IMG/VR virus record: IMGVR_UViG_3300035698_016830
Span: 29,237-93,236 of that record
Direction: 5' to 3' (one strand)
DNA: 64,000 bases
From: a virus
In this document: positions 41,722 through 51,042 of the stretch, piece after piece
Numbering within the stretch: the first letter of the stretch is position 1
How the letters are laid out: every line of letters begins with the position of its first letter
Translations under genes and position numbers: made by a program
Notes under the pieces: generated by a model
Databases searched by the model: none
Told to the model about the DNA's origin: nothing
The model's input: the letters and a program-made list of their open reading frames with translations, nothing else

Positions 41722-43875
41722 ATGCCAGTTGAAGAAATACAAGATGGTTTTATAAGTCACGGATTAAATTTAAACGCCTTCACGAATAAGGAAGCGGATG
41801 CGTTGAAGGTTGTTTTCTCAGATTTGAGTAAAGATCTTTCTGATCAAATACATGACTCAGAAATAGCTCAGATGACCTATCGAAAAAGGAAGCTAGCAAT
41901 ACTAAAGAAACAAGCTGACTTAACTGTCGATACTGCTTATAATAAAATGTATGAAAATCATTCTGATGTATTGGTAGGGGTAACTCTAAACGAGTCAGAA
42001 GAATCTAAGTTAATCATGAATGACGCTTTGGGTGTAGAGGCAATGACCACAACCATTTCTCCTGCTCAAGCTGTGAGGATAGCGAATAACACTCTTATTC
42101 AAGGTGAGGTAAATAAGAAGTGGTGGAGCAGCCAGACAGTGAAGACTAAGAATAATTATCTTAGAGAAGTTCGTATGGGTATGTTGGCTGGCGAAACAAC
42201 CGACGACATAGCCCGTAGAATCGCTGGACGGTTCACAGGGACCTATGAGACCGTTAAGCTGAAAAACGGCAAGACGCGACGTATAGGTAAGCGATCTGGG
42301 GGTGTTATGCAGACATCCTTCAGAAATGCTGAGGCTTTAGTGCGAACTTCAGTCCAAACAGTAGCAAATGAGGCTAGGTTACAAACTTTTAAAGAAAATG
42401 ATGATGTAATTAAAGGTATGGAGTTGATAGTTACGCTTGATGGAAATACTACTGAGATTTGTATATCGAGAAGTGGTGGCGCTTGGAATTTACAAACTGG
42501 TGAACCTCTTCCTGATTCAGCAGTCAATATCAGCTTCCCTGGTGCTCCTCCTTACCATTGGAGGTGCTTTATTGATCCTGATACACCTATATATACTGAT
42601 CAAGGTTGGAAAAGAATAGTTGATATAGAAGTTGGAGATTTTGTTCTAACACACAAGGATAGATTCAGAAAAGTAACAGAGCTTTTAAATACACCGAATC
42701 AGATGCCAGAAGTAATGGAAATATCTGTGGAGCTATATTATGGAGATATAACACAGCTAATTATTACTGTTGATCACCCTGTTATGACTAATCATGAATG
42801 GAAGGCATCAAAGCTTATTGAGGTTGGTGATACTCTTACTTGGTTTATTGATGCTGATAGAGTAGTAATTCAATCTGAAGTTATATCAATAAGTAAGAGA
42901 CAAATAGTAATACCAACTACGCTATATAATTTTGCAGTAGAAGAAGATGAAAGCTATATTGCAAAAGGGTTTGTTGTTCATAATTGCAGATCAGCACTTC
43001 TACCTGTTGTAAAAGCATGGGATGAATTAGGCAGCAAGGCATTGGCAAAGTTTAAAGAAGCGCCAAAGGGAATGCGGGCTTCAATGGATGGTCTTGTCCC
43101 TGCGGATCTAACTTATAGTGATTGGTTGAGAAGGAAAGAAGTAAAAGATCCTGGATTTGCTGATAAGGTACTTGGTAAAGGAAAAGCTAAGTTATGGAGA
43201 GAAGGGAAAATAACAACTCAACAATTAGTGAATGCTAGTGGGAAGCCATTTACTTTAGCGGAGTTGAAAAAGAAGACGGAAAAACAGGTATTTGTTCCAA
43301 AAGTAAAAGCAAGGAGTGAGAAAGTCTGGCTTGCTAGTTTAGATGATAGCCAAAAAACTATTATTAAGAATTACAGTAGTGGTGGCTATCGTGATTACAT
43401 AAATGCCCAACAAATGGCAGGGTCTTCCAAAACACTAACAAAGTATCAAAACTTAGCTTTGAAAAGAGCCGGTATTATGGAAGATGCTATTGAGAGTTAT
43501 CCTGTTGTAGATAAAACATTACATAGGGGATTGGCATTTGATAAAGGGGCAGCAAGTCAAGGAAATTTCAATAAGGTTTTGGCTAAATATAAGAAAGGTA
43601 GTAAGGTAGAATTTGATCAGCTTTCTTCTTTTTCTTCTGATAGAGACACAGCTTTGTATGAATACGCGCAACTTAATAGCAGTGGTGTTGATTCAGTACT
43701 TTTTAGCGTAAAAGGAAAATTATCTCATGCTGCTGAGATCAGTGATTTGGCCGTATTTGCTTCAGAAAAAGAAATTGTTTTAAATTCTAAGCAAAGATTG
43801 CTCGTTTCTAATGTAACTAAAAAGAAAATAAAGGGTCATACAGTACACGTTATTGATTTAGAGGCTGTAGAGTAA
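41722..43875 (+). CDS. MuF/SPP1 gp7 minor head protein with a mini-intein and C-terminal VIP2-like ADP-ribosyltransferase
   Basis: ALVRT, TLDG.T..IC, PPYHWR|CRS; ART motifs LHRG, SSFSS and SEKEIVL. Confidence 0.88.
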   Translation: MPVEEIQDGFISHGLNLNAFTNKEADALKVVFSDLSKDLSDQIHDSEIAQMTYRKRKLAILKKQADLTVDTAYNKMYENHSDVLVGVTLNESEESKLIMNDALGVEAMTTTISPAQAVRIANNTLIQGEVNKKWWSSQTVKTKNNYLREVRMGMLAGETTDDIARRIAGRFTGTYETVKLKNGKTRRIGKRSGGVMQTSFRNAEALVRTSVQTVANEARLQTFKENDDVIKGMELIVTLDGNTTEICISRSGGAWNLQTGEPLPDSAVNISFPGAPPYHWRCFIDPDTPIYTDQGWKRIVDIEVGDFVLTHKDRFRKVTELLNTPNQMPEVMEISVELYYGDITQLIITVDHPVMTNHEWKASKLIEVGDTLTWFIDADRVVIQSEVISISKRQIVIPTTLYNFAVEEDESYIAKGFVVHNCRSALLPVVKAWDELGSKALAKFKEAPKGMRASMDGLVPADLTYSDWLRRKEVKDPGFADKVLGKGKAKLWREGKITTQQLVNASGKPFTLAELKKKTEKQVFVPKVKARSEKVWLASLDDSQKTIIKNYSSGGYRDYINAQQMAGSSKTLTKYQNLALKRAGIMEDAIESYPVVDKTLHRGLAFDKGAASQGNFNKVLAKYKKGSKVEFDQLSSFSSDRDTALYEYAQLNSSGVDSVLFSVKGKLSHAAEISDLAVFASEKEIVLNSKQRLLVSNVTKKKIKGHTVHVIDLEAVE
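42565..42984 (+). mobile_element. Mini-intein (140 aa, no endonuclease) in MuF
   Basis: CFIDPDT...ITVDHPV...YNFAVEEDESYIAKGFVVHN, then Cys+1. Confidence 0.92.
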
Positions 43876-43913
43876 TGCGAAGTAGTTATCTACATTTTCA
43901 ATTAGGCTTACAA

Positions 43914-43979
43914 AAATTATGTAATATATATAATTTTTATGTTATTTCAGTTGACTATTATGCCGATATACTATATAAT
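43914..43979 (+). promoter_or_regulatory. Promoter/operator cassette, copy D (diverged)
   Basis: AAATTAT-N9-ATAATTT (43914-43936), 14 nt, TTGACT (43951), 17 nt, TATAAT (43974); followed by the TTTGAAAGGACAAG leader. Confidence 0.8.
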
Positions 43980-44026
43980 AGGGTAGTAAAGAAAGAAGTT
44001 AATAACGTTTTTGAAAGGACAAGAAG

Positions 44027-44308
44027 ATGAGAGTTTATACAGCAGAAGCATACACAGGAAGATCAATTGGTAATAGTTTCATGCATCGTCAAGGAGTGCA
44101 GATTGTTTGTACTGATTCAGTAACAGGTAAAAGAAAGTATTTTCCTGGGTCAAACAGTCCCTGTGAAAAGTTGGGATGGTTTGCTGAGCATTATAGATCC
44201 GGTATGAATAAGTATGATTCTGGCCAATTCCATGTGCTGATGCAAAAAGCTCAGTATCGAGCTGCTAAGTATAATCTTGACGTTGATATGACAGGAGAAG
44301 TTATTTAA
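44027..44308 (+). CDS. Hypothetical protein
   Basis: Standard leader behind promoter D. Confidence 0.6.
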   Translation: MRVYTAEAYTGRSIGNSFMHRQGVQIVCTDSVTGKRKYFPGSNSPCEKLGWFAEHYRSGMNKYDSGQFHVLMQKAQYRAAKYNLDVDMTGEVI

Positions 44309-44309
44309 T

Positions 44310-44795
44310 ATGAATACCAGATACAAATTATTGGAACCTGACATGACTTCTTATCAAGGTTTTCTATGGGAAACTGGCAAGACTTACAATTCTGGTGGAA
44401 AAGGAGCTTTGGGAGGTCCTGGTTGGTTCTACTGTCATAGTACCCCGCAAGTATCTGTACTCTTAAATCCTATTCGTGCTAACAGGAAAGGGACGCAACT
44501 ATGGTCTTGTGATGCTTCTGGTACTACTTCAGATTTAAAAGGAGTAAAGCAAGGATGGCAAAAGGTAACGCTTCTTAAGCAAATACCTAAACCTACGTTT
44601 ACAATAAAACAAATCCTTACTTTTGGGTATAAATGTTTGAGTGCTATTAAAGGAGAGTATTTAAGGGAACTTGATCAGTTGAGTAAAAGTGATGATCATG
44701 ATTATGTTCACTACAGCGTAGCCCAACTAATCATCCAAGCGGCTTACCATGAAGAATTTAATGTTGATATAAGAAATATAGCTGATAATTTATAG
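44310..44795 (+). CDS. Hypothetical protein
   Basis: YKL...SYQGF.WE.G...GPGWFYCH pattern. Confidence 0.55.
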   Translation: MNTRYKLLEPDMTSYQGFLWETGKTYNSGGKGALGGPGWFYCHSTPQVSVLLNPIRANRKGTQLWSCDASGTTSDLKGVKQGWQKVTLLKQIPKPTFTIKQILTFGYKCLSAIKGEYLRELDQLSKSDDHDYVHYSVAQLIIQAAYHEEFNVDIRNIADNL

Positions 44796-44805
44796 GGGCT
44801 TTATA

Positions 44806-44991
44806 ATGAATAAAGACAACGACAAAGACAAAAAGAAGTTTTTAGCTGACTATAAGGATCGTATGACAAATTCTTCTTTATTCCACACAACTGTAGTTGA
44901 AAAGGGTAAACCAGTAGAGGGTGAGATTGATATTAGAGATGTGGAAGCGGAGGACGTGAGTATTGAAGACTTCTGGAAAGAGCATGGATAA
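44806..44991 (+). CDS. Small hypothetical protein
   Basis: ORF with GGGG SD. Confidence 0.45.
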   Translation: MNKDNDKDKKKFLADYKDRMTNSSLFHTTVVEKGKPVEGEIDIRDVEAEDVSIEDFWKEHG

Positions 44992-45023
44992 GAAGTAAAA
45001 ATAAAGATTACTATAATTTTTGG

Positions 45024-45064
45024 TAGCTACAAGGACAAGATAGTGTCCTTGTAGCTATTTTTAA
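45024..45064 (+). terminator. Rho-independent terminator
   Basis: 14-bp perfect stem TAGCTACAAGGACA/TGTCCTTGTAGCTA, 6-nt loop, then TTTTT. Confidence 0.8.
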
Positions 45065-45152
45065 TTGTCAAGGAACAAGAAATAAACAAAAGAAGAAGCC
45101 AAGGGCTGTACCTTGCTTCCGAGAAGCAGTTTAGATTTAGGAGTTACAAAAG

Positions 45153-45941
45153 ATGTTAAAAAGATTAGTAAAATCTCTCGAAGAGGTAGATGAAAAGTAT
45201 CATGATTTGTATGAGGCTGATGGTGATAACGGATTTATCCTGAAAACGGATGACAAGGATTATAAAGCTCAATTAGATGAGTTCCGAAATAATAACAGGG
45301 TACTCTTTAATGACAAAGTAGCTATGGAAGAAAATCTTGCTAAGTTCAAAGATATGGACCCTGCCAAGTATGAAGAAGCTATTAAGGCTTTGGACGTATT
45401 GAATCAATATGAAGAAAAGCAACTGCTGAAGGATGGTAAATTGGAAGATGTTCTGAGTATCCGCACCAAGGCTATGCAAGCTGATTACGATACTCAAATT
45501 ACAGCTCTTCAGTCCGCCGTCAAAGACGCAATTGGACAAAAAGAGAAGTATCAGGGTCAACTAGGGTCTTTGCGTGTTGAAGCCATAGCAACAAAAGCAT
45601 TATCCACAGTGGGACGTTTGCGAGCCGCAGCTACCACAGATGCTCTAAGTCGGGCAAACGCTACCTGGAAGCTTGGAGACGATGGTAGGATTACAGCTCA
45701 TGTTGATGGCAAGGCTGCTTATGGTCTTGATGGAGAAGCTTTGACACCTGATGAATGGGCAAAGAATCTTCTTAAGTCTGCTCCTCATCTGTTTGAAAAA
45801 GGAACTGGTGGCGGCAGTGAAGGAAGTTCAAACAATAGCAACAACCATAGCCAAGATCCTAAAGTTATCAATAGGAATGATATCAAAACCTTTGGTTTGA
45901 ATCTTGAAGATATTGCCAGTGGCAAAGTAACTGCTGTGTAA
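45153..45941 (+). CDS. Head scaffolding protein
   Basis: LEEVDEKYHDLY..GFIL, LDEFRNNN, coiled coil, APHLFE..GGGS. Confidence 0.75.
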   Translation: MLKRLVKSLEEVDEKYHDLYEADGDNGFILKTDDKDYKAQLDEFRNNNRVLFNDKVAMEENLAKFKDMDPAKYEEAIKALDVLNQYEEKQLLKDGKLEDVLSIRTKAMQADYDTQITALQSAVKDAIGQKEKYQGQLGSLRVEAIATKALSTVGRLRAAATTDALSRANATWKLGDDGRITAHVDGKAAYGLDGEALTPDEWAKNLLKSAPHLFEKGTGGGSEGSSNNSNNHSQDPKVINRNDIKTFGLNLEDIASGKVTAV

Positions 45942-46007
45942 AACTTTGTTTTTTATGAATTCTGTATAATCAATTAGTATAAAATAAATTGTTTATTTTG
46001 AAAGGAA

Positions 46008-46460
46008 ATGAAGATGAAGAAACTACTTATTGTGGTTGCAGTATTGATGATGTGTATGCCAGTGTTGGCAGATGTATCGTTTGTGTTCGGGGACAGCTTC
46101 TCTGGAGTGGAGGTCGGTAAGCGACTTGGTTTTGCTGAAGTTGGGACCGTAGCTGCGGTGGATTATTTTGGTGGTGGTAATAGTCTCAGCTATATGGATA
46201 TTGACACCGGAGGGTACCTTATTGGGCCAAATCTTAAGTGCCACTTTACGCCAAAGGACTGTATCATAGATCCATTTATAGCGGCATCGTGGTTATTTCG
46301 GAATGGTAAGGTTGGAGTTCATGATGGTGAAGTGACATATGAAGCAGGCATAATGGTTAAGGTATGGAATAGCTTGTCAATAGGCGCATCATATCTCAAG
46401 TCTGATGATCTTCCTGAAGATGACTATATAATGCTTCGCGTATCTCCGTGGCAGTTCTAA
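46008..46460 (+). CDS. Exported outer-membrane beta-barrel-like protein
   Basis: Signal peptide MKKLLIVVAVLMMCMPVLA, alternating beta pattern, terminal aromatic Phe. Confidence 0.5.
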   Translation: MKMKKLLIVVAVLMMCMPVLADVSFVFGDSFSGVEVGKRLGFAEVGTVAAVDYFGGGNSLSYMDIDTGGYLIGPNLKCHFTPKDCIIDPFIAASWLFRNGKVGVHDGEVTYEAGIMVKVWNSLSIGASYLKSDDLPEDDYIMLRVSPWQF

Positions 46461-46527
46461 TATTTTTTATGATGAGGGTCTCGCTGGATATGAACGTCCA
46501 GTGAGACCTTTTGAAAGAAGAAAGATT

Positions 46528-46911
46528 ATGCGATACATATTATTGATAATGTTGTGTTTTGGTGGATTGTTATTTGGTTCTCCCGGTCAATTTTTTGTTT
46601 GCGATGGAGTTATTGCTACGCCCTGTGTTGTGATGATAGACGCTAATGACATGATTATCGTTATAGATCCAAATTGCATTACAGACGAATCAATTAAGCT
46701 GTTGTGTAGTTCAGGGCGGGTTTGTGCTGTTCGCGGCCATATCTGGGAGGAGACGCCTGTAGTTGATTATTACCCCCAGTGGTTTTATAGCATTGATACT
46801 CTGTGTAGCACTCCAACCGGTATAAATGATGGATGTAGTTCTTATTCTGGTCCTACCCGTACTTGCAAGCTGTGTGGCTTGATGCAAACTAAGGTTGAGG
46901 TCTGGAAGTAA
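46528..46911 (+). CDS. Exported Cys-containing hypothetical protein
   Basis: Hydrophobic N-terminus; GH.W...C..CG pattern. Confidence 0.5.
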   Translation: MRYILLIMLCFGGLLFGSPGQFFVCDGVIATPCVVMIDANDMIIVIDPNCITDESIKLLCSSGRVCAVRGHIWEETPVVDYYPQWFYSIDTLCSTPTGINDGCSSYSGPTRTCKLCGLMQTKVEVWK

Positions 46912-47068
46912 TGGAGTGGCCGCCAATTAGGGAGCAATTGATAAGCTTATCCGAACATAAGGATGTCAAAAATTTCATAGAAGAGCATGACAGAAGAGAA
47001 CGCAGGCGTTTCTTTGAAATGGAGATTAGATTGACGCGAATAGAAGAAATACTTAAACGGTTGCAAAA

Positions 47069-47425
47069 ATGAAAATTCAAGCTAAAAGAGTTGTTCGAAA
47101 TGGCCGTAAGTGTTTTGAGATTGTGAAGTTTGAGGCTCGAACCGAGACTCCAGGTGGGTACACTATGGGCTACCCCCATTGCGTTATTGGTGCAGTTGGC
47201 CGGAAGCCTACTATGTTCATAGCTAATGGTGGCAAGCTATCTAATATGGGCGGGGATGCTAATACTATGGTTACCTTGAGTCCTGGTGATATATTACAAG
47301 AGGCCAAGCTTGGTTGGATACTGGCGATCGTCGCTCGTTGTGGTCGTTATTTTGCTTTGATGAGTAAAGGTGAGAAGGCTAGACTTGAAGCTGAGTGGCA
47401 TGGAGACGTGGAAATCAGTATATAG
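47069..47425 (+). CDS. Hypothetical protein
   Basis: ORF with ATGA overlap. Confidence 0.5.
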   Translation: MKIQAKRVVRNGRKCFEIVKFEARTETPGGYTMGYPHCVIGAVGRKPTMFIANGGKLSNMGGDANTMVTLSPGDILQEAKLGWILAIVARCGRYFALMSKGEKARLEAEWHGDVEISI

Positions 47426-47442
47426 AGTTGGAGGACGTATAA

Positions 47443-47961
47443 ATGAAAATCATAAGGGTAATTTATTATAGAGCTGAAAGAGATGGTCATATTAAAGATG
47501 ATGCCATAGCGTGGTGGACTGGATTATTTAATTGGGGTACAGGCCCTTATGCTCATACAGAAATTTGTCTTCCAGATGAAGAGTGCAATTTTGATAAAGG
47601 TTTGTGTTTTACAAGCACTATGAGAGGTGAAGCTAAGGGTTTGGTTTCCCGTAGTACTTTAGATGTAATAAAATACCCAGAACGTTGGGATTATATGGAA
47701 ATAGAGGTTGATGATAATCTTTTACGTGATGCTCTATGGATGGCTAGGATGCTGGTGAAATATAATCAGGGTTATGATAGGTTAATGATAGCCAGTTTCT
47801 TCTTTCCTGTTCGTTTTGGTAGTCCTGGTAAAATGATATGTTCTGTGTTTGTACAGATTTTCTTATTCTGGTGTGGTGTGTTTAACAAGCGATTCGATTG
47901 GTCTCCTAGAAGATTAAGTGCTAGGCTGGCAACAAAAGGGTATGAAATTAAACATTGGTAA
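47443..47961 (+). CDS. Permuted papain-like (NlpC/P60-type) amidase
   Basis: GPYAHTEI, then GYD, then ICSVFV (His before Cys); GGAGG SD. Confidence 0.55.
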   Translation: MKIIRVIYYRAERDGHIKDDAIAWWTGLFNWGTGPYAHTEICLPDEECNFDKGLCFTSTMRGEAKGLVSRSTLDVIKYPERWDYMEIEVDDNLLRDALWMARMLVKYNQGYDRLMIASFFFPVRFGSPGKMICSVFVQIFLFWCGVFNKRFDWSPRRLSARLATKGYEIKHW

Positions 47962-48087
47962 TGTTACCGGAGGAGCGTGCTATGTATTCTTGTGGTAAAG
48001 AATACAAGATACTGTGAAAGATAACTTATTTTGACGTTACTACTTTTAATGTTGCAAAAAGAAAGACAGCTCCTCCGGTAGATTTTT

Positions 48088-48543
48088 ATGGATGATTTTA
48101 TTACAATCAAATGTTCAATATGCGGTGAAGAGTTTAAGATAGATAGAGATCTTTATTCTTCTTTTGGCCCTAATGCTAACAGAAATGCAATAGCAAATGG
48201 TTATTCTGGAAATATAGGGCCTGCCCATTTTGATATTGAGATTGGTTCTCAAACTGATCTATGCCCACAATGCTCTTTTAATGTGGCTACATCTGCTATT
48301 TGGTTCTGGGCACAGCAAGAGGATTTATACGTTAATCTTCCAACAGATTTAGAAACAGGGCAAACAGAAGAAGGCATTCAAGCAGGGGTAGATAACATGC
48401 TTGAGTTTCAAGAGACTGTGGGTGGTATAATAGATAGGGTAGTAGGAGATTCCAATACTCAGAGAAAACAGTTAGTCAGTATAATAGCTTTAGTAACAAT
48501 ATTGTCTTTTATAATTACAATGACCAGTTTGTTAAGCCAGTAG
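48088..48543 (+). CDS. Hypothetical protein with Zn-ribbon and C-terminal TM segment
   Basis: CSICG...CPQC; hydrophobic C-terminus. Confidence 0.5.
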   Translation: MDDFITIKCSICGEEFKIDRDLYSSFGPNANRNAIANGYSGNIGPAHFDIEIGSQTDLCPQCSFNVATSAIWFWAQQEDLYVNLPTDLETGQTEEGIQAGVDNMLEFQETVGGIIDRVVGDSNTQRKQLVSIIALVTILSFIITMTSLLSQ

Positions 48544-48754
48544 GTGGAAGAATGGTAGGTTCAAAAAAAAATGCAGAATATGTAGTAATGAAAAAGTTGA
48601 GCGATACGCTGTGAATGGGAAGAATGAAATGTATTTATGTAGTATTCATAAAGGTCATCTTTTTTCAGAAATATGCGTTGATAATAAACCAGAAGCTGGA
48701 TTAAAAAGATTTTTAAAAGTCTATAATATTGTATTGCTTTAAAAAGAGAGAATA

Positions 48755-49078
48755 ATGGAAGATACAATTATTGGTAGGGTTAAAAAAATTCTTAATGTTT
48801 TGCGTAAAAATAACATACTTGCTTTTTTGCAACCTCGTAGCCTATCAGCAGCTCTTTTTCAAGCTAAGTTAAATGAGAAATGCTATGGCAAAACAGGATG
48901 GTGCTTTGTTAAACGATCTGAATCGCTTCAATTGCCTGTCACTATTACATATGGTACAAATAAGGAGGAAGTGGATGTTACTACGGTAGGCAATAAAGTT
49001 GTTAAAGCTGCAAACCATGAATTTTGTTTCTGCCGTATAATACATAATAGAAGTAAATGTCGTATTGAGATTAGGTAA
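48755..49078 (+). CDS. Hypothetical protein
   Basis: ORF with GAGAG SD. Confidence 0.45.
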   Translation: MEDTIIGRVKKILNVLRKNNILAFLQPRSLSAALFQAKLNEKCYGKTGWCFVKRSESLQLPVTITYGTNKEEVDVTTVGNKVVKAANHEFCFCRIIHNRSKCRIEIR

Positions 49079-49089
49079 GGACTGAATAA

Positions 49090-49927
49090 ATGCATAGAAA
49101 CAAATTAAAGAAATCTTTAGGCACGATGGAAAAGATTCATTTCTACGTTTTCACCCCACACAATGCTTTATTCAAAATAAATAGAAATGATAAAGCAGAA
49201 TGCCGGATAATTACATGCTCTAGAAAAGATGATTGTGAGGTTTACGTTAGAGGTGAGTGTATATTGAAGAAAGTCTTTGGTGGTGGTGGTTGCCAATATG
49301 GAAGACATTCTACCACTGTTGGCTTTACTAAGAAGGCAAGGGGTTACTCTGGTTGGATAAATAAGAAAAAGAAAGAGAACGAAGGAGTACCTTTTTTAGA
49401 TATTCCTACTACCAAAGTAGCTATGATAGGTGAGTATGTGTATTTACCTTATGCTCATATGGATATGAATAAAGAAATCAATTTCAAGGGTCAGCTTGTT
49501 TTGGCTACTGAGTTTAAAACACAGAAATGCATAGATTCAATTCTGTGTTTTCATCCACAAACTTTGTTTTTTAATGGAGAGATAAGGGATTACCAAGATA
49601 AGTCCATACCCCCTGTTTAAGCTACATTTAAAAGAGTGTATGCCAGATGTTTTTGATAGGTTCATAGGTGGTGAGCTAGAAAGCGTTTCTCAGGTGGGCA
49701 GAAAGGCTTATGTATCTTCTCTTAAAAATGGGGCTGTTCTTGAGAAGAAGGGCAAAGATATTACGTACACTATGGAAGATGGCTGGCTTGTTTCAACCAA
49801 TCATAGGGAGCTATTTGCTTTTGTTGAGTATGACGAAATAGAATTGAGATTAAAACCGAAAGATGGAGCTACGGTTGAAATAACAAATGATAATCAAGTT
49901 GATTCTGATACTAAATATAAAGATTAA
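49090..49927 (+). pseudogene. One hypothetical gene split by a +1 frameshift at a C5 run (49609-49613)
   Basis: Removing one C gives continuous KSIPLFKLHLKECMPDVF, joining ORFs 49090 and 49640. Confidence 0.55.
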
Positions 49928-50048
49928 ATAATATGAATATTCTGAATTTCTTTTCATCACCTCCTCCGCAACAGACAGGAGTTCTCACTTCCTACTACAC
50001 GCTAACAGCTCCTGTCTGTTTATTTTATTTTATTTTAAGGATTAAGAT

Positions 50049-50411
50049 ATGGAATACCTATTAAGCTTATCGTCAGAAGCATTAGTTGAGGAGGAGCGCG
50101 TAAGGGCTGTTTACTATGAGTTGTTGGGTAAGGAGGAACATAAACATGATTGGCAAGAAGCTCCTGGTGATTGTCATTGGTATACATGCGTAAATTGTGG
50201 TATAGGTACTGCTTCACCTAATCAATGCATGCCATGCACGTTTGAGTTTGGTCCTATATTAGGTAGTGCAGCTGATATAGCTTTTACGATGCGTGGTGCT
50301 TGTAAGCCAAATGAATATTTAAAATCTTTGATTAAAGTTATGCCCCATTGTAGTATGTTATGTATGGCAACAGCGGAGCAGATGATAATTGCTACTGTTT
50401 TTAGTCTTTGA
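50049..50411 (+). CDS. Hypothetical protein
   Basis: H.W...C..CG motif; AAGGA SD. Confidence 0.5.
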   Translation: MEYLLSLSSEALVEEERVRAVYYELLGKEEHKHDWQEAPGDCHWYTCVNCGIGTASPNQCMPCTFEFGPILGSAADIAFTMRGACKPNEYLKSLIKVMPHCSMLCMATAEQMIIATVFSL

Positions 50412-50496
50412 GGTAAATAAGTGAAGCAAGGAACAATTAGTATAGGATCTGGAGAGTACAAACCAACTCATAGTATGTTTTTGGAAAGATGTAATA

Positions 50497-51042
50497 ATGA
50501 AACTTAGCATATTGGTTTGTACATTGAAGGCCCGTCATGTGATGTTTGCTAAATTAGCTGCTGACATACAAAGTCAGATAAAAGATAAAAAAGAAGTGGA
50601 ATTATTATACTTTTCTGATCGGGGAGGCTTATCAGTAGGATGGAAAAGACAAGAGTTATTAAAGCAAGCTTCAGGTGACTATATTTGTTATGTTGACGAC
50701 GATGACAAAGTATCTGATTTCTATGTAAGGGATATACTAGAAGCTATAAAACCAAGGCCTGATTGTGTAGGGCTTGAGGGTGTTCTTTGTCGTAAAGGGC
50801 AGAAAGATGCTACTTTTATACACTCTTTACAATGCACTCGTTGGCGAGAAACTAAGGGCGTTTTCTATCGAACGCCAAATCATCTAAACCCAGTAAAGAA
50901 GGGAATAGCTTTGCAAGCTGGGTTTAAAGATTTAAGGTATGGGGAGGATAGACTTTACTCAGAAGTTATTTATCCATTATTGAAAAAAGAGGTTATGGTA
51001 ACAAGTCCGCTTTATTATTATTATCCAGGAGCAAGCCAATGA
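50497..51042 (+). CDS. GT2-family glycosyltransferase
   Basis: LSILVCT, VGWKRQELL..ASGDYICYVDDDD. Confidence 0.85.
   Translation: MKLSILVCTLKARHVMFAKLAADIQSQIKDKKEVELLYFSDRGGLSVGWKRQELLKQASGDYICYVDDDDKVSDFYVRDILEAIKPRPDCVGLEGVLCRKGQKDATFIHSLQCTRWRETKGVFYRTPNHLNPVKKGIALQAGFKDLRYGEDRLYSEVIYPLLKKEVMVTSPLYYYYPGASQ

Noticed and set aside
49850-49966. Minus-strand 35-codon ORF behind GGAGGAGG
   Set aside because: Very short, antisense to a plus-strand gene, with no motif support.
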